Positions 38,537 through 52,559 of a DNA stretch of 64,000 nt are shown piece after piece; positions within the stretch are counted from its first letter, which is position 1, and the number at the start of each line of letters is the position of its first letter. The position numbers were made by a program, and so were the translations under genes. Below the pieces are notes generated by a model that saw only the letters and a program-made list of their open reading frames with translations, had not been told where the DNA came from and made no database searches. The DNA is taken from NCBI RefSeq assembly GCF_035084215.1, contig NC_090357.1, positions 7,378,001 to 7,442,000 of the forward strand, given 5' to 3'. The stretch comes from Heptranchias perlo. Its lineage: Eukaryota.

Positions 38537-39818
38537 TTTAAGCGACAGTCATTTCTTTGGATTTCTGACCTCGGCAACAGACTGCCAGGGCACCGCTTGC
38601 TAATAGCAAGTGACTGGTGGGCTATCTGTACCCTTTGACTGCGGTTACACCTAATTTAGCAAGCACCCTTGGCAGACCATTACGTTTCCCTCACCCACGT
38701 TGTGAGAGTTAAACACTCCACCTTGTTCGTTACAGCAAATTTGCATATCCTGGGTGGCCACTGGGCAACGGGTGATCCAACTAGATTGCACTGGAAGCTT
38801 TTCCCAAGCACACTTTGATTCTATATTTTATTTACAGCTTTAAAATGCATGTTCCCTATTGCATGCCCTCTGATATCACATGTAGAGTTAATTGGTAAAC
38901 AAGTCATTTTAACATTCGGTCACACTATTACACCTTATTCAAAGTTTCAAACTGCAGGATCTTTGGGAGAAGGCTCAGGTACGCCAAGGGGCATTCTATT
39001 CACTTACTGCCAGTATACACAGTCTGTCTACAAGACAGTGATTCACTGCTCTGATGAGCTCTCAAAATCTTTGTTCCGCCAAAGATCCGGTACAGGAACA
39101 ATTTCAGACATCGTTCATTATTTGAATTCGAACACGTTACACAGAATTGGAAAGGACATTTTATGGATGAAATCAGATGGGGACACCAAGCTTCCATGTC
39201 TACACAATAGGGAATTGGAATGATACAGGAGCTTGAGTGATTTCACGCTGCCGTCAGAATCTGTAGAACTAAAGACATTCAAAGATGTCAAACAATCTTG
39301 AAATGAAAATAAGGTTCTCTGTGAATTAAAAGTATTTAAAGGTTTCTACTTACTATTAAAGACAACTGTCCTTAAATATTGTACCAAGGTCGAGAGGAAT
39401 ATACAGCAATGGTGTGTGCAATACAAATCAAGTACATGGTTCAAGGGAAATGTGCATAGAATTTAAATTGTCCCCACACATGGAGGAAACACAGTCATCT
39501 TATTACTTCAAGCGAATCCCTTAAAACGTAAAAACAGAAGCTTGACTGTACATTCCCTATTCCAACATTTGATTCCTTGAATTTCTAACGAAATTAAGCC
39601 AAAAAAATCTACAAACTTAATCTTCAGTAACATTATTTAACAATGAAGGGCAGAAACAACAGATGTTTTTTTTAAAAGTCTGAAAAAAACAGCACATTTA
39701 TCCAGGGCAGCGACTGACACTCCAGTGTCCTGTGACCTAGTGGGGGGAAAGAGAAAAATAACCCCATCCCTAATGCAGGAATAATCCATACTGCGCCTCA
39801 AGTATTCACGAATGAGAA

Positions 39819-39884
39819 TCAAACATCGTAAAACCAGCGGACCAGGTGATAGCGGACCATGAAAGCAAACACACTTCCGGTGAC
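39819..39884 (-). CDS. DPAGT1: DPAGT1 last coding exon
   Basis: VTGSVFAFMVRYHLVRWFYDV*; matches the RLFYDV C-terminus; spliced CDS 1221 nt, 406 aa. Confidence 0.93.
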   Translation of the reverse strand, partial: VTGSVFAFMVRYHLVRWFYDV

Positions 39885-40839
39885 CTGGGGGGAGGAAGAC
39901 AAATAGAAGGAGGTTAAAAACACAGCAGAAACAAAAAGTTTGGGCAACATTCTGATTGATTCAATTCCTGTCCTCTATAAATTCTTAATTTACACTGTCT
40001 AATTTTTTGTAGATTTGATCCAACACAAAATCCATCTCATTTTGCAACACTCAGTCAAATTGTGAGATTGGATGCATACTGTCCTTCCATTTCGTGACTG
40101 GTGGATTCAGTCCAGAGTCAGGAAACAAAAAGCCTTATCTCCGCTGGTTGCAAGCATCCTACATGAAATCAAATTTGGAATAATTTTTGGTACGATCATA
40201 GGGGCATGATTCAATAGAACATTACCGTCTAGAGTTTGGGAAACCTGTTCAGAAAGGCCAGAAGATTAGCTGGTGGGAGCAATGGAACAATCCGCAATGG
40301 TGGAGAGAGAGCTCTTGAGGTTGGGGCTAAGGGACACTAGAAGAACAGTACAGGAAGATTTGCTCAGCCTATGCTATACCTGGTCCTAGCACTGGAGGCA
40401 AAAACATTAAGAACTTCACCTAGCATCACTCACACGACATGTAGTGGTGCTCTATCTAGACAGTATCACCAAGTATTACTGATTCTGCAACAGGTTAATT
40501 TTCATCCTCCTGTTCTCTTCTAAAGCCAATTACACTTATGCAAACCCCACTCCACTTACGGTGGCCATGGTGAATAGGAAGCAGTGGGCTTTGTTAGGGA
40601 TCTCAGGTCATAAAATCGATATTTGTTGAAGCAGACTGCCTCTAGTTTCCCTCTTGCTATTGAAACTCGTAAGGAAATAGTGAAATTGTAAGAACCGTCT
40701 ACTGTAGTCTAAAGCAACTTAGTACACACAGTGACAATCGATGAGTTACATTATCTTATGTCTCCTCAATTGGTAACAGTTTATTGAGAGTCCAGTTGCA
40801 ACTGTGTGCAAACGTTTTGCTGCCTGCAGAAAATCTCAC

Positions 40840-40995
40840 CTGGATAAGCAGCAGTATAATGGTCAGGGTTCTCTCGTGTGTTGGGCCTATCAGCTTTATT
40901 ACAAAGTTGATCAGAGTAAGGTTGTTGCACTCTGTATATTCGTTGCTTTCTCCAATTCCACGGTTCACCTCCACCAGCCAGAATTTGTTAGCCAC
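40840..40995 (-). CDS. DPAGT1: DPAGT1 coding exon 8
   Basis: TECNNLTLINFVIKLIGPTHERTLTIILLLIQ; AG/GTGAG boundaries. Confidence 0.95.
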
Positions 40996-41039
40996 CTACA
41001 AGAAACAGTGTTAGCTTTCATTCCCAAAGTCAACAGTTT

Positions 41040-41610
41040 CGCTCTGTCCGTAAGCGTGACCTTGATCTCCCATTTTAATTCCCGTCCCACTCCCACTCTG
41101 AACTCTCTGTCCTCGGCCTCTAACACTGTTCGATGAAGCTCAACAGAAACTCGAGGAACAGGGCCTCATCTTTTGATTAGGAACTTTACAACCTTCCGGA
41201 CTCAACACTGATTTCAATAACTTCAGATCATAACCACTGCTCCCAATTTTTCGGACAGCAGGTGCTGGTAATGGTTCTGATGTTGTCATTTACAGCTCCT
41301 CTAGTCCCATCTTTTGTTTCTTTACTTGTCCCATTACCATCCCCTTTTGCCTTGCACCATCATCCCTTTTGTCATTTAATCACTCCTGCCCTCCACCTTA
41401 ATCACAGACCTTCCCTTTTGTTCTTTCCTTTCCTCCCCTCCCCTTCCTTCCCCCCTCTTTCCCTCGCACTGTACTTGCTTAAAAACTGTTTAATCTTCAA
41501 CTTCTTCCAGTTCTGACGAAGGGTCAGCAACCTGAAACGTTAACTCTGTTTCTCTCTCCACAGATGCTGCCTGACTTGCTGAGTATTTTCAGCATTTTTG
41601 ATTTTTATTT
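41040..41610 (+). mobile_element. Penelope family-B 3' fragment: decayed GIY-YIG C-terminus plus pLTR with hammerhead motif (41509-41545)
   Basis: Remnant KLEEQGLIF.LGTLQPSGLN; TCAACAGTTT duplicated at 41030 and 41610. Confidence 0.8.
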
Positions 41611-42147
41611 CAACAGTTTTCATTCTTTCCCAACTTATTTCAAAAAAGTATTTCCCTCTGCATCACCCTGGGATAATGACCTAGTCTCTGTGACTGGCTA
41701 GTAAGAGTGGTGCAGAATAGGTTAGATTGACTTGTGCTCCCATTGAGAAAGGTGCCTTGTGTCGCTTTGGTGATTCCCTGACAGAGCATAAACTTCCACT
41801 AATTTTAGTAGATTTTTATTTCTTTATTTGCTTCTTTATTTTGAAGACTGATAATTTACAACAAAATCACATTAGTGCAAACAGCCCAGCCATCAGGAGC
41901 CGTAACCTTGCCCATCCCATAATAACAAACTCAGTTAAAGACATTCCATTCTGTCCAAGGCTACAGGAATTACAGCACAGAAACAGGCCATTCGGCTCAA
42001 CTGGGTCTATGCCAGTATTTATGCTCCACACGAGCCTCTTCCTTCCCTACTTCAGCTCACCCTATCAGCATGTTCTCTCATTCCTTTCTCCCTCATGTAC
42101 TTATCGAGCTTCCCCTTAAGCTCACTAGTTTCAAATAAAATGAGTAC

Positions 42148-42235
42148 CTTTAATATTAAGTCTCCAAGTTTAGGCAAATCCTTAGTTTTGAATTTGGAAT
42201 AACTCATGACCAGTTTTCCAGTGCTAGGATCTAAT
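42148..42235 (-). CDS. DPAGT1: DPAGT1 coding exon 7
   Basis: LDPSTGKLVMSYSKFKTKDLPKLGDLILK. Confidence 0.95.
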
Positions 42236-42690
42236 CTGGGTGTGGAAACAGAGAAGGGAAAAAAAAACATTACTACTATTTATGGGATGTTTTCTGGCAT
42301 ATAATTACTTATACATGAGATATAAGGACTGGTTTGTAGACAGTATCCAAGACAGTTTCAGGGTTAAACTGACAGAAGGGAGGTTGGAAACCTGTCAACA
42401 CCCATTCCCCATTCCTCCTTCCTCTCCCCACCACCAGGTTTCAATGTTTTAAGACTAACATTAGACACCGACGATGCTCTTGCATGTGTTTAGTTCTCTT
42501 TCAGAAAGTATCTCCCCACTGGGCTCAATTTGCTTTACTTTCAGCAGTTGGTTGACAGAGGTCTGGGAGCAAGCTGCCCATTTGCTCCTTTCACCAGAGA
42601 TAACACACTGACCTGGAAGAGAAGAGAGTCTCACCCCGAAGAGAAAAAAATATAGTATTTGGTAAATCAGGCATTTAAACGTGGACATAC

Positions 42691-42879
42691 CTCGGTATTC
42701 GGTGCCGCGGGCACGGAACGACATGGAAGAGCTGAGGCACCGAGTAAAGGAAGTTGAGCGTCTGAGGGATGAAGAACAGCATCATGGTCTTACTGAAGTG
42801 GCCAAGGATCCCGACCACTGCGAAAGTCATTCCCGCAAAGTAACAGAACGTATCGCCCACAAAGGCACGAGACGGATAC
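42691..42879 (-). CDS. DPAGT1: DPAGT1 coding exon 6
   Basis: [31 protein letters not shown]...PCPRHRIP, including the catalytic FVGD motif. Confidence 0.96.
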
Positions 42880-43164
42880 CTGCAGCACGTGAAGGAGTAC
42901 AGATCGAAATGGCTTTACCCCAATAAACTGTGGCGCAGCAAAAAAACATCAGCATAGAAAATAAACCCCAGTGGAGTAAGGAATTGAACGGCCTACTCTT
43001 TCTACTGAAACTGTGTGCACGCAGTGACCCCACAATCAAGTCTTCTTTGACGTACAATATAGTTTCCAATTTTTGCACAGCAGCTGAATGTCTTCTGGTG
43101 TCTTCTAAGTGCTCTGAAGCCACCAATACCCACTTAGCTGAACTTTCTTTGCATTTTGAAAAGG

Positions 43165-43592
43165 GGATATCTTACCACACTAGAGAGGCTGGAATTGTTC
43201 TCCTTTGAGCAGAGAAGGTTAAGGGGAGATTTAATGGAGGTGTTCAAAATTATGAGTAGTTTTGATAGAGTAGAAAGAGAGAAACTGTTTCCACCGGCAG
43301 GAGGGTCGGTAACCAGAGGACACAGATAATTGGCAAAAACTCCAAGGGAGAAGTGAAATTTTTTTTTTATGCAGCAAGTTGATATAATCAGGAATGCACT
43401 GCCTGAAAAGGTGGTGGAAGCATCTTCAATAGCAACTTCCAAAAGGGAATTGGATAAATACTTGAAAATGAGAAATTTGCAGGGCAATGGGGAAAAAGCA
43501 GGGGAATGGGACTAACTGGATAAGCTTGTTCAAAGATCTGGCACAGACATGATGGGCCAAATGTCCTCTTTCTGTGCTGTATGATTCTATGA
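43165..43592 (+). mobile_element. CR1 LINE 3' fragment
   Basis: AGAAGGTTAAGGGGAGATTTAAT, GGAATGCACTGCCTGAAA, GATTCTATGAT tail. Confidence 0.85.
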
Positions 43593-44177
43593 TACTCTGA
43601 ACCAAATACTCTGAATAATAGGATTGTTGAATAAAAGAGTTTATACTGGGAAATATCCCATAACCCAATAAAACAAAATACACGACTATATTATAAGTCA
43701 ATAAAACACTTCCCCCCCCCCCCCCACTTAAAAATCTCTTCAAAATATGCAAGAGCACCACACAATTTAATTTTTTAGTTAAAACTCTCTGGTCATTAAA
43801 ATAAAACTACCATTTTACACAGATATAGTTAAAACTCACTTCTGTATCAGTTGTGGCAACAGTGCGTGCAAGCTCTCACAGTACAATGCATGGAAAATGG
43901 GGAGATAGTTATGGAGATGGAAGACTATCTGAATTATTAGAAAAATTAAAGATTGCTGGGACGGTCGAGTACACTGAATGGTACCGTCCGCACTGTCAGG
44001 CTTGGTTTCATTGTGATTCTACTCTCATGAATACATTTCAGCCACAACACATCTCAATCTCCTCTTCACAGGGTTTCAAATTGGGGTCCGTGGATTTCAG
44101 TGGGGATCGGCAAGGGGGCCCACAAATTTCTGTATTTGTTGATTTAGTAGTATCTTATTTCTCTTCCAGTATCTTTG

Positions 44178-44395
44178 TGTCCGGGCCAATATTTATCCCT
44201 CAACATCATTAAAAAAAAACCCAGATTATCCGGTCATTATCACATTGCTGTTTGTGGGACCTTGCTCTGCGCAAATTGGCTGCCGTGTTTCCTACATTAC
44301 AACAGTGAATACACTTCAAAAGTACTTCATTGGCTATAAAGCACTTTGGGACATCCTGAGCCACAAAAGGCGCTATATAAATGCAAGTCTTTCTT
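44178..44395 (+). mobile_element. Deu-domain SINE, 3' half
   Basis: GGCCAATATTTATCCCTCAAC ... GGCGCTATATAAATGCAAG. Confidence 0.85.
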
Positions 44396-45157
44396 TGTAA
44401 ATTATATAATTAAAACCTTATATTCATCAACTGACTGCGGGCATCGCTCTAGGCAATTTACTAGTACCGATAAAGCATGTTTTCTACAAAGACGGCATGG
44501 CTGTCCTTCGGGTAGCTGACACCGTTTTTATGATGTTAAGATGGGGGTCCCTCAGGACGGCATTAATAATTACAGAAGCATCCCCACACAAAAAAAAAAT
44601 TAAAAGCCACTGCTCTATACAATACATTCCTTGTAGCATAGGAGCTATGTATTCTAATGGAATTTTAGGTGCTGGCCACAGTAGCCTTTTTCCACTGAGG
44701 ACTGTAATAGCTAGTTTCATGTAATAAGATATCGATATAGGAGAACGAGTGAATTGTTTCTGGTCAGATTTTCCCTACATCCCTCTACAGAAGTATTCGG
44801 ACCTCTGTATGTTGCCCCCTCCTTCCAGCTCATGTCAGCAATTCTATGAATAAGGAATTGCAAGCATCAATCCCCATCCTATTGCTCTGTTGGTCACCAG
44901 CTATCACATTTTGATGCAAATGGTTTACCCCTTCTACCTCTTTAAGTTCCCTTCTGAACGGTGTCTGTTTCCTGTATATTTTAATAATAGAGCAGAGATA
45001 GGGCACATTCTAAGTAATGCACAGAAAGAAGATAACAACAGTGCAAACCTCAGTACAGCTGACTCCAGGTAAGTCGATACCTGTATGGATCAGGTACACC
45101 TGTACCTGGTGTTGACTGCCTGAGGTGAAACAGTAGAAATGTAAAAAGTTATCGTAC

Positions 45158-45242
45158 CAGTTATGGTACAGCAGTCCTAAAGTGGTGAAGAAAAAGGGTA
45201 TCATGAAGTATAAGGAGAATATGTGATCATCCTTGTAGTCAC
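45158..45242 (-). CDS. DPAGT1: DPAGT1 coding exon 5
   Basis: [27 protein letters not shown]; 85 nt. Confidence 0.95.
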
Positions 45243-46831
45243 CTAAAAGAGGAAAAAAACACATTGGTTACCATTTACCATATACGCAAGAGAGGGTACT
45301 ATTTCCCAGAATAGTTGTACTCTGTTGCCTTATTCCTTCCCTTTAAGTTTATTTTCCTCCCTTATGCTCTAAACCAATTCACAGTTAAAAGGTGCCAGTT
45401 CTCTGCCACTCTTTAAAAGAAAATCTGTACTCATTACATTATCAAAAAAACCCTCAATTCCTAGTTCACCACCACCCCCACCCACCCACCCACCCATCCT
45501 CTGCTGAAGCTACTAATTCAAAGGAACAGGAGTAGGCCATTCAGCCCCTCGAGCCTGTTCTGCCAACTCATGCTGGGGTGTCGTTTCATGGGTGCCAGAT
45601 AGACTCCATTAGCTCACCCAAGTGGATAATCTTCAAGCACGAGCCTATACAGGATATTTGGCCATGGGTGGCCTCACACCAAAACTCCATGGCCTTGTCC
45701 CATGCCCCCTCAATGACTTCCTCCAGCCCTTTGCCCTTGACACTGGTCTGCTTCTTGTTCCCTGTCCTGTTTGCTCCACCAATGGAGATCAATTCTTTCA
45801 GCCACCATACTTCACCTCCCTTCATCTCACTTCCTCCCCCCTGGCTTTTTAGGTCTTCTCAAAACTTTTCTCTTCCACTTTTTTTGGCTCTCACCCGACC
45901 TGCACTTTCCAGCAGTTGGCAATCAGGAGTGGGCCTAATTTTGCCCTCCTTGGCCGAAGGTGGCTGAGACCAATTGTAGCAACTTTACTGCTGCCCCGGC
46001 TGGGATCGGCTTTTTTTTTTATTCGTTCATGGGATGTGGCATCGCTGGCATTTATTGCCCATCCCTAATTGCCCTTGAGAAGGTGGTGGTGAGCCAACAG
46101 CACAAATCAGGGACCAAACCTGTGACAGTTGGTTTTATTGTTTTTCAGGGTTAAGTGAAAAAAGAATGAACTTGGCATTTATATAGTGCCTTATCACACC
46201 TCTCGGGACATCCCAAAGCATTTCACGTGCAGTGAACTAATTTTTGAAGTGTTGTGGCTGCTGCTATGTAAGGAAACTAATTAACGTGATGGGATATTGC
46301 ATCTGATCCTGTGTGATGTGCTGCTTAGTAAATTAAATAATAACAATTTGCATTTATATAGCACTCCTCAAAATTGGAAAGACATGTCAGAATGCTGTAC
46401 AGTGGGGGAAGACAAGAATGAACACCAAGCAGGATGGAAGAACAAGTAGAGGGGAATTAGCGGATGGGCTGAAGAGTGGGGCAAGGCCATAAAGGTAAAT
46501 AGAGCTGGGCAGTAACAGAAAAAAACATTTTACCATGAATCTTCAATGTAAATACATTTTACATTAAAATCCCAGTATTAAGATATTTCAAATCCTAAAT
46601 CGATATTTTCAATTTTATTGGAAATTGATGGTCCCCTCTTTCACTCGAGCATTTCCACTGGATGATGTCCTAAGCTGAACCAATAACATGAGTATAGGGG
46701 CTGAGGGTCAAGACATCATCACAACAGTCCACTGAGAACAGGTGAAGCAACGCAAGTGTGAGAAAATCAAAACGTTCAATCTGCAGGAGTATGAGCTGCA
46801 AGATCGAAACATCATGGTTGGGTCAACTTAC

Positions 46832-46978
46832 CATTTAACTCTATTAAATTGAAAATGATGATGGACATGGCAATCACCAGAGACTGCCCAGCCTCAATGC
46901 CATTGATCCCAGCCAGAATGTTGATGGCATTTGTGCAGAACACTGCCAGCATCCCCATATATGCATAATACAGGATTC
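46832..46978 (-). CDS. DPAGT1: DPAGT1 coding exon 4
   Basis: [35 protein letters not shown]. Confidence 0.96.
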
Positions 46979-48489
46979 CTGAAAGGAACAAAAAAAAGAG
47001 ACATGGATATTTACACAGGAATGTATCAGGCACACCCAGTACAGCGAGAGTGGATTTGATCAGGTCTTGATTCCACCCTCTCCCCACAACAAATCTAAAT
47101 CTTGTAACACTGTTTTACACCAAAAGTAGTTTAATCCCCAATGAAAGATACAGATGCATAAAACTGGTTAATGTAGGATCACAATTATTTTTAGGTCCCA
47201 CTTAAAAAAAGAGAAAATGAAAAGTTTCACTCTTTCATACTGGCTGCCCACCATTTCTTTTGACCATATCAATGCCCAGGTAATCAAAACTAGCAAACAA
47301 AAGCTAAATAAAACCTCACCATATACATTACACATCATCATTGCTCTGCATGTTCATTATTTCCTTAATGAGACTAGCGTCCTGTAACTACTCGCTGGGT
47401 CCATTTTTCACTATTATACCCTCCTGTGATTCTTACAACAACATTGCTTCCCCATGTTGATACTGCAGAGTCGTCCTCAACACTTGGATTTCAGCCTCCA
47501 TTTATAACAGTCATTAGTATTTTAAATTCCCAACCACAAATCGCCAACATAAATACATTTTATATTCAGTTAATGGGTTCCCTTAAAATCCCAACATTAA
47601 GATATTTCAAATCCTAAATTGATACTTTCAATTTTACTGAAAAACGACAATTCCCATTTTTACATGAGCATTTCTGCTGGATGATCAGAAGCTGAATTCC
47701 CCGATCCTGGACAGGTCCACTCTGGTTCACCCAAGGTGAGTTTGATGATGGATCAAATTTCTGATCCTCTACATGCTAGTTAAGATTTATGATTGGCCCA
47801 ATACACGTATATATTGATAGAAAACTTTACAATACCCACACGTGATAAGAGATTACTAACTTGGGAATTGGCAAGGGAATGTTGCAAGTTGGTCCTCACT
47901 TATTTAGGGCTCATGAAGTAAGCCCACGTGTGTTTTACACATGTTAAGGACAGGTAACCACTGTTATTAGGGACTGAGCACCACACATTCCTTAACATAG
48001 GAAAAACCATTCTACTTAGTTTGTGTGTAACTATGCCTGCATTACAAGAGGGAAGCAGAGCTGGCTAGGTCCAAGCATAACATTTTATGAAGTTGCTACA
48101 CTAATTCTGGGTTGTTACGGTGATCAAATTAGCCATAGCATAGAATCTTGGGAGCAGGTATTAATATTAGAAAGTGCTACAGATCAGGCTTAAAGAAATA
48201 TTTTATATAGAACGTACAGCACAGAAACAGGCCATTCGGTCCAACAGGTCCATGTCGGTCCACATGAGCCTCTTCATCTAACCCCAACATGTCCTTCTAT
48301 TCCTTTCTCCCTCACGTGTTTATCTAGCTTCCCCTTAAATGCATCTATGCTTGTTTTGATTTGTTTGTTTCTCACCAACTCGCAAAGCCACAGACAGAAT
48401 AGGATTATAATTCAACCAAACTCCTATTTTGCTTTAGTTAACCAGCAACTATGACAAAGCTGCCAGCAGCAAGTGAACTCCAAGCTCTA

Positions 48490-48747
<258 letters not shown>

Positions 48748-50105
48748 TCAACAAGTTTAATACAAGACTTTTGTACCACACATGCTTTCCACAAAAAAGC
48801 TTCCGTCTCTGTCTCCTGTGACACACATCACAACCTCCCTGAAACGGCAGGATCTGGTCACAATGCTGCTGCTCGATGCTCAGGGAGACTGCAAGAAGGT
48901 ACCTTCTCTCTGTTTTCTGGTTTTCATTCTAGCCCTTTCTGGACAACCCACCTGAGTCTGGAAATTATGCAGGGATGTGAGAAGAGTGTACCTCACATCA
49001 CTCCACGGCACAGTGCACTGACACACCAATTTACCGCACTTTGGGCAAAATGTGTCTGTTCCACATGCTGTGTTTTTGCATCACGAAAGTTCGCAATTGG
49101 TTTGACATTTGTTAAGACCAACGTAAGCTATTATTTTTTTTGGGGGGGGGGGGGTGAAAAGAATGAGCGATTTCAAATGCCATGACTGTAAACTTGATTG
49201 AGATTGAGGACAAACCTGTTTTCTCAAAAGCAGCAGCACGGAACATTTTCTCTTATAGGGGTGTGGATATATTGAATAAGACTCCCAGTTAATCCTTTGT
49301 TGACTGATGCTTTTAAAAAGCTGCAGCATTTGATTGGGGAAAGGATTGAGAGTTATAAGGGTAAATATGATAGGGGTAATCAAATGTTAGGGGCAACATA
49401 ATGGTTCCTGAGCCTCTGGGACTGTAGCAGTATCATACCAAGGGAGACAGCTGATCGGGAGGCTTCTGAAGTTTGAGTGTGGGAGAGCAATGTCTGTGTG
49501 TCAGCTCCCTGCATGTACATTGCTAATATCAGTTCCGTTATCCCAACATCAGAACTTTGCATCCACAAAACTTACAGGTTAAGGGAGCTGGTTTTAACAA
49601 TGTATATGCTGGGAACTGGAGACTGATGAACTGCACAGACTCCATGACCTGTGAATGGAGCATACTCAAAGGCCCAAATGATCTTTTCGCATTCCATGTT
49701 ATTTTTACAGCTACGAAGATTACTGAAGGTCACATCTTACACTCATAGTTTTGGGAAAAACTTAGCAGTTAATCTCACAGTGATAACATTAACGATGGAG
49801 GTACCCTGGATCCACCAGTAGTTTTCTTTTTAATTTGTAATGTTAAAGTAATCGTCAATTCAGGTTGGAATGAAAATGCTCAATCATTCTCTCTGTATTT
49901 GAGCAGACCGGGGTAGCAGTGTCTGGAGAGACTACACATGAACTCCAGATATCTGTCTCCCCGGCAATCAAGGTGCTCCTCTTAAAGTATGTTACATACA
50001 GGGTAACTCTGTTAGAATCAGAACCACAGTGCTGAAACTAGCTGAGGTGTGCACTAGCGGTCCATACAGACAGGGTATAATTTGATATGGAAAGAGATCA
50101 CTTAC

Positions 50106-50226
50106 CACATCATGAGGAAAGCTGATACATTGCTCCTTCACCCAGCAGTGCAGAAAAGGAACAGGGATGAAACAGAAAAGAATGATGAGGAAGACAACGC
50201 CGCTGATTACTCCTTGGGATTCTGGG
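50106..50226 (-). CDS. DPAGT1: DPAGT1 coding exon 2
   Basis: [25 protein letters not shown]...FPHDV; GTAAG donor. Confidence 0.96.
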
Positions 50227-50509
50227 CTGCAAGGCAAACGGGCAGAAAATTACCATGAATTTGGGACATGCGACAGAATGAAACCAGTCAAGTCTGGACT
50301 GAGACATCAAGTTGACCCAAGCATAAGTTCAATTTTACAGAGTGATCTGGGCTGGCTGCCTAACTGTAAAGTGAATTTATAGCATTATGCTCTGGGAAAT
50401 ACTGCAGTTTTTTTTTTAATCGTACCTTGGTTTAGTAGTTTGACAAACAGTATGGCTGCCAGTGGTGTGAAGCTACCATTTCACTGGCCGCGTGATGTTT
50501 CTGCTGCAA

Positions 50510-50985
50510 GGTGTCAGCTGTGGCTCATTGGCAGCATTCTTGCCCGAGTCAGAAGGTTGTAGGTTCAAGTCCCACTCCAGAGTCTTGAGCACAAAGTCTA
50601 GGCTGACACTCCCAGTGCAGTACTGAGGGAGTGCTGCACCATCAGAGATGCCGTCTTTCGGATGAGTCGTTAAACCGAGGCCCCGCCTGCCCTCTCAAGT
50701 GGACGTAAAAGATCCCATGGCACTATTTCGAAAAAGAGCAGGGGAGTTCTCCCTGGTGTCCAGGCTAATATTTATCCCTCAACCAACATCGCTAAAAACA
50801 GAGTAGCTGATCATTATTTCATTGCTGTTTGTGGGATCTTGCTGTGTGCAAATTGGCTGCTGCGTTTCTTACATTTCAACAGTGACTACACTTCAAAAAG
50901 TACTTCATTGCCTGTAAAGCGCTTTGGGATGTACTGAGGTTGTAAAAGGCGCTATATAAATGCAAGTTTTGCTTTCTTTCTTTTT
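50510..50985 (+). mobile_element. Near full-length Deu-domain tRNA-derived SINE (SacSINE1-like)
   Basis: tRNA-like head (TGGCTCATTGG / GGTTCAAGTCC); Deu-like core GCCGTCTTTCGGATGAG...AAAGATCCCATGGCAC; tail shared with L2 (GGCGCTATATAAATGCAAG). Confidence 0.88.
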
Positions 50986-51372
50986 CATTGACTTCAAGAC
51001 AAATTTATACCCCACTGTTTTATTTGCATATACAAGTGTGCTTTAGTTTAATTTTGGCAAATTTAGTGAGTGACTAACCTAGTGCTGTCGTCCTTGTATT
51101 TGGCATTGTGTACTGTAATTGTTTATATGTGGTCGCAAGCTCCATGATAAGGAAATAAGTGGCCCAATAAGATAAAAAATTGAAACAACCTTGCAACAAG
51201 ACAAATACTGGCCATATTGAATGGAACTGTTGTCATCTATATTAAAGTAGGAGCAGCAGTAGGGCAACTGAAGTGACCATATCTAGGAACTTCCTACATT
51301 TTACAATTTTGTCAAGAACACAGGTAAAAGAACAAGAAATTCAAAAACTCCTACTTCGACATGCTAGAAATG

Positions 51373-51648
51373 CCTTGCACCATCATCCTTTTTGTCATTT
51401 AATCATTCCTGCCCTCCGCCCTATCATAGACCTTCCCTTTTGTTCTTTCCTCCCCTCCCACTTTCCCTGGCTCTGTACTTGCTTAAAAAATGTTAAATCT
51501 TTACTTCTTATAGTTCTGACGAAAGGTCATCGACCTGAAACATTAACTCTGTTTCTCTCTCCAAAGATGCTGCCTGACCTGCTGAGTATTTCCAGCATTT
51601 TCTGTTTATATTTCAGATTTCCAACATCCGCATTATTTTGCTTTTGAT
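51373..51648 (+). mobile_element. Penelope family-B 3' end with hammerhead motif (51512-51548)
   Basis: Colinear with 41348-41610; 9-bp duplication CTAGAAATG at 51364 and 51649. Confidence 0.85.
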
Positions 51649-52559
51649 CTAGAAATGTACAGTTGATTTGCAAAATTGGGGGCAGCACAGGCCACGATTT
51701 ACTTGCCTTGGACTCTCAAAGACCCCGTCACCTGTCAGCAAGCAGTGGCATCAAATGCCACTCATTAGGAATGAGTCACTCATTTTGTGCAGAAATGTAA
51801 CCTATTTTAATATAGCTCCTTCTGAAATGTAGACAGTTTATAATCTGCATGATAGTTTATCACCCCTTTTAAATAGCGGATAGAAGAACATAATGGACAG
51901 AGAGAAGTCAATCGAGCACGTTGAGTGATTGGCCACTGATAATGCAAACAGTAATTTTTAGAATTCATATACGTTTTAAACAGAATTGCAATCTGACCCA
52001 CTCTTTCTGATCACAGACCTCGTTCCTAAGTCATGCAAAGGTTGATAACCTTGTGCAGCAGCTGCACACCGAACTCAGATTTTACCATGAGCGAACAAAC
52101 CCTGTGTTGCTGATTTTGAGGAAGAACCAATTAGAAACACCGGCAGGTCAAAAGAAAAAGGTTTGAGCAGTGAAACATGACAATGCAATTCACTTCATCA
52201 CACTGAGTGTGACATGATGCAACAGATACACACACCTCCCAGCTCTTCTCTACATCCATCAGTAAACCCAGCACCTATGTAATGTGCAGTTGGTCGGGTT
52301 GCCATTTTTTTGCTAATAGGCAAAGTGCAGAATGAAATGGGAAGTGGGAGGTGGGGGGGATGGGACCATAGTTTGATCTCTGATGCTGGCTTTGCTGATA
52401 AATCTTACCAACTAATGTCCTGACATCACAAAATAAATAAAACCAAACTTGTAAAAATCCGACTTTTGCTAACGCCATTTTAGAAACATTCAGATATGCC
52501 ACTTTAAGAAGTAGCAACTCTAGCTTGGTTCCACATAGCCCATCCATGCCAGCCATTTC

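Noticed and set aside
42872-42879. GTATCC resembling a U12-type donor
   Set aside because: It lies at the start of DPAGT1 exon 6 and encodes W-Y-P; all reconstructed introns are GT-AG U2-type
50512-50582. tRNA-like A/B boxes, also at 37100, 28440, 10110 and 1652
   Set aside because: These are SINE heads or isolated motifs; no complete cloverleaf
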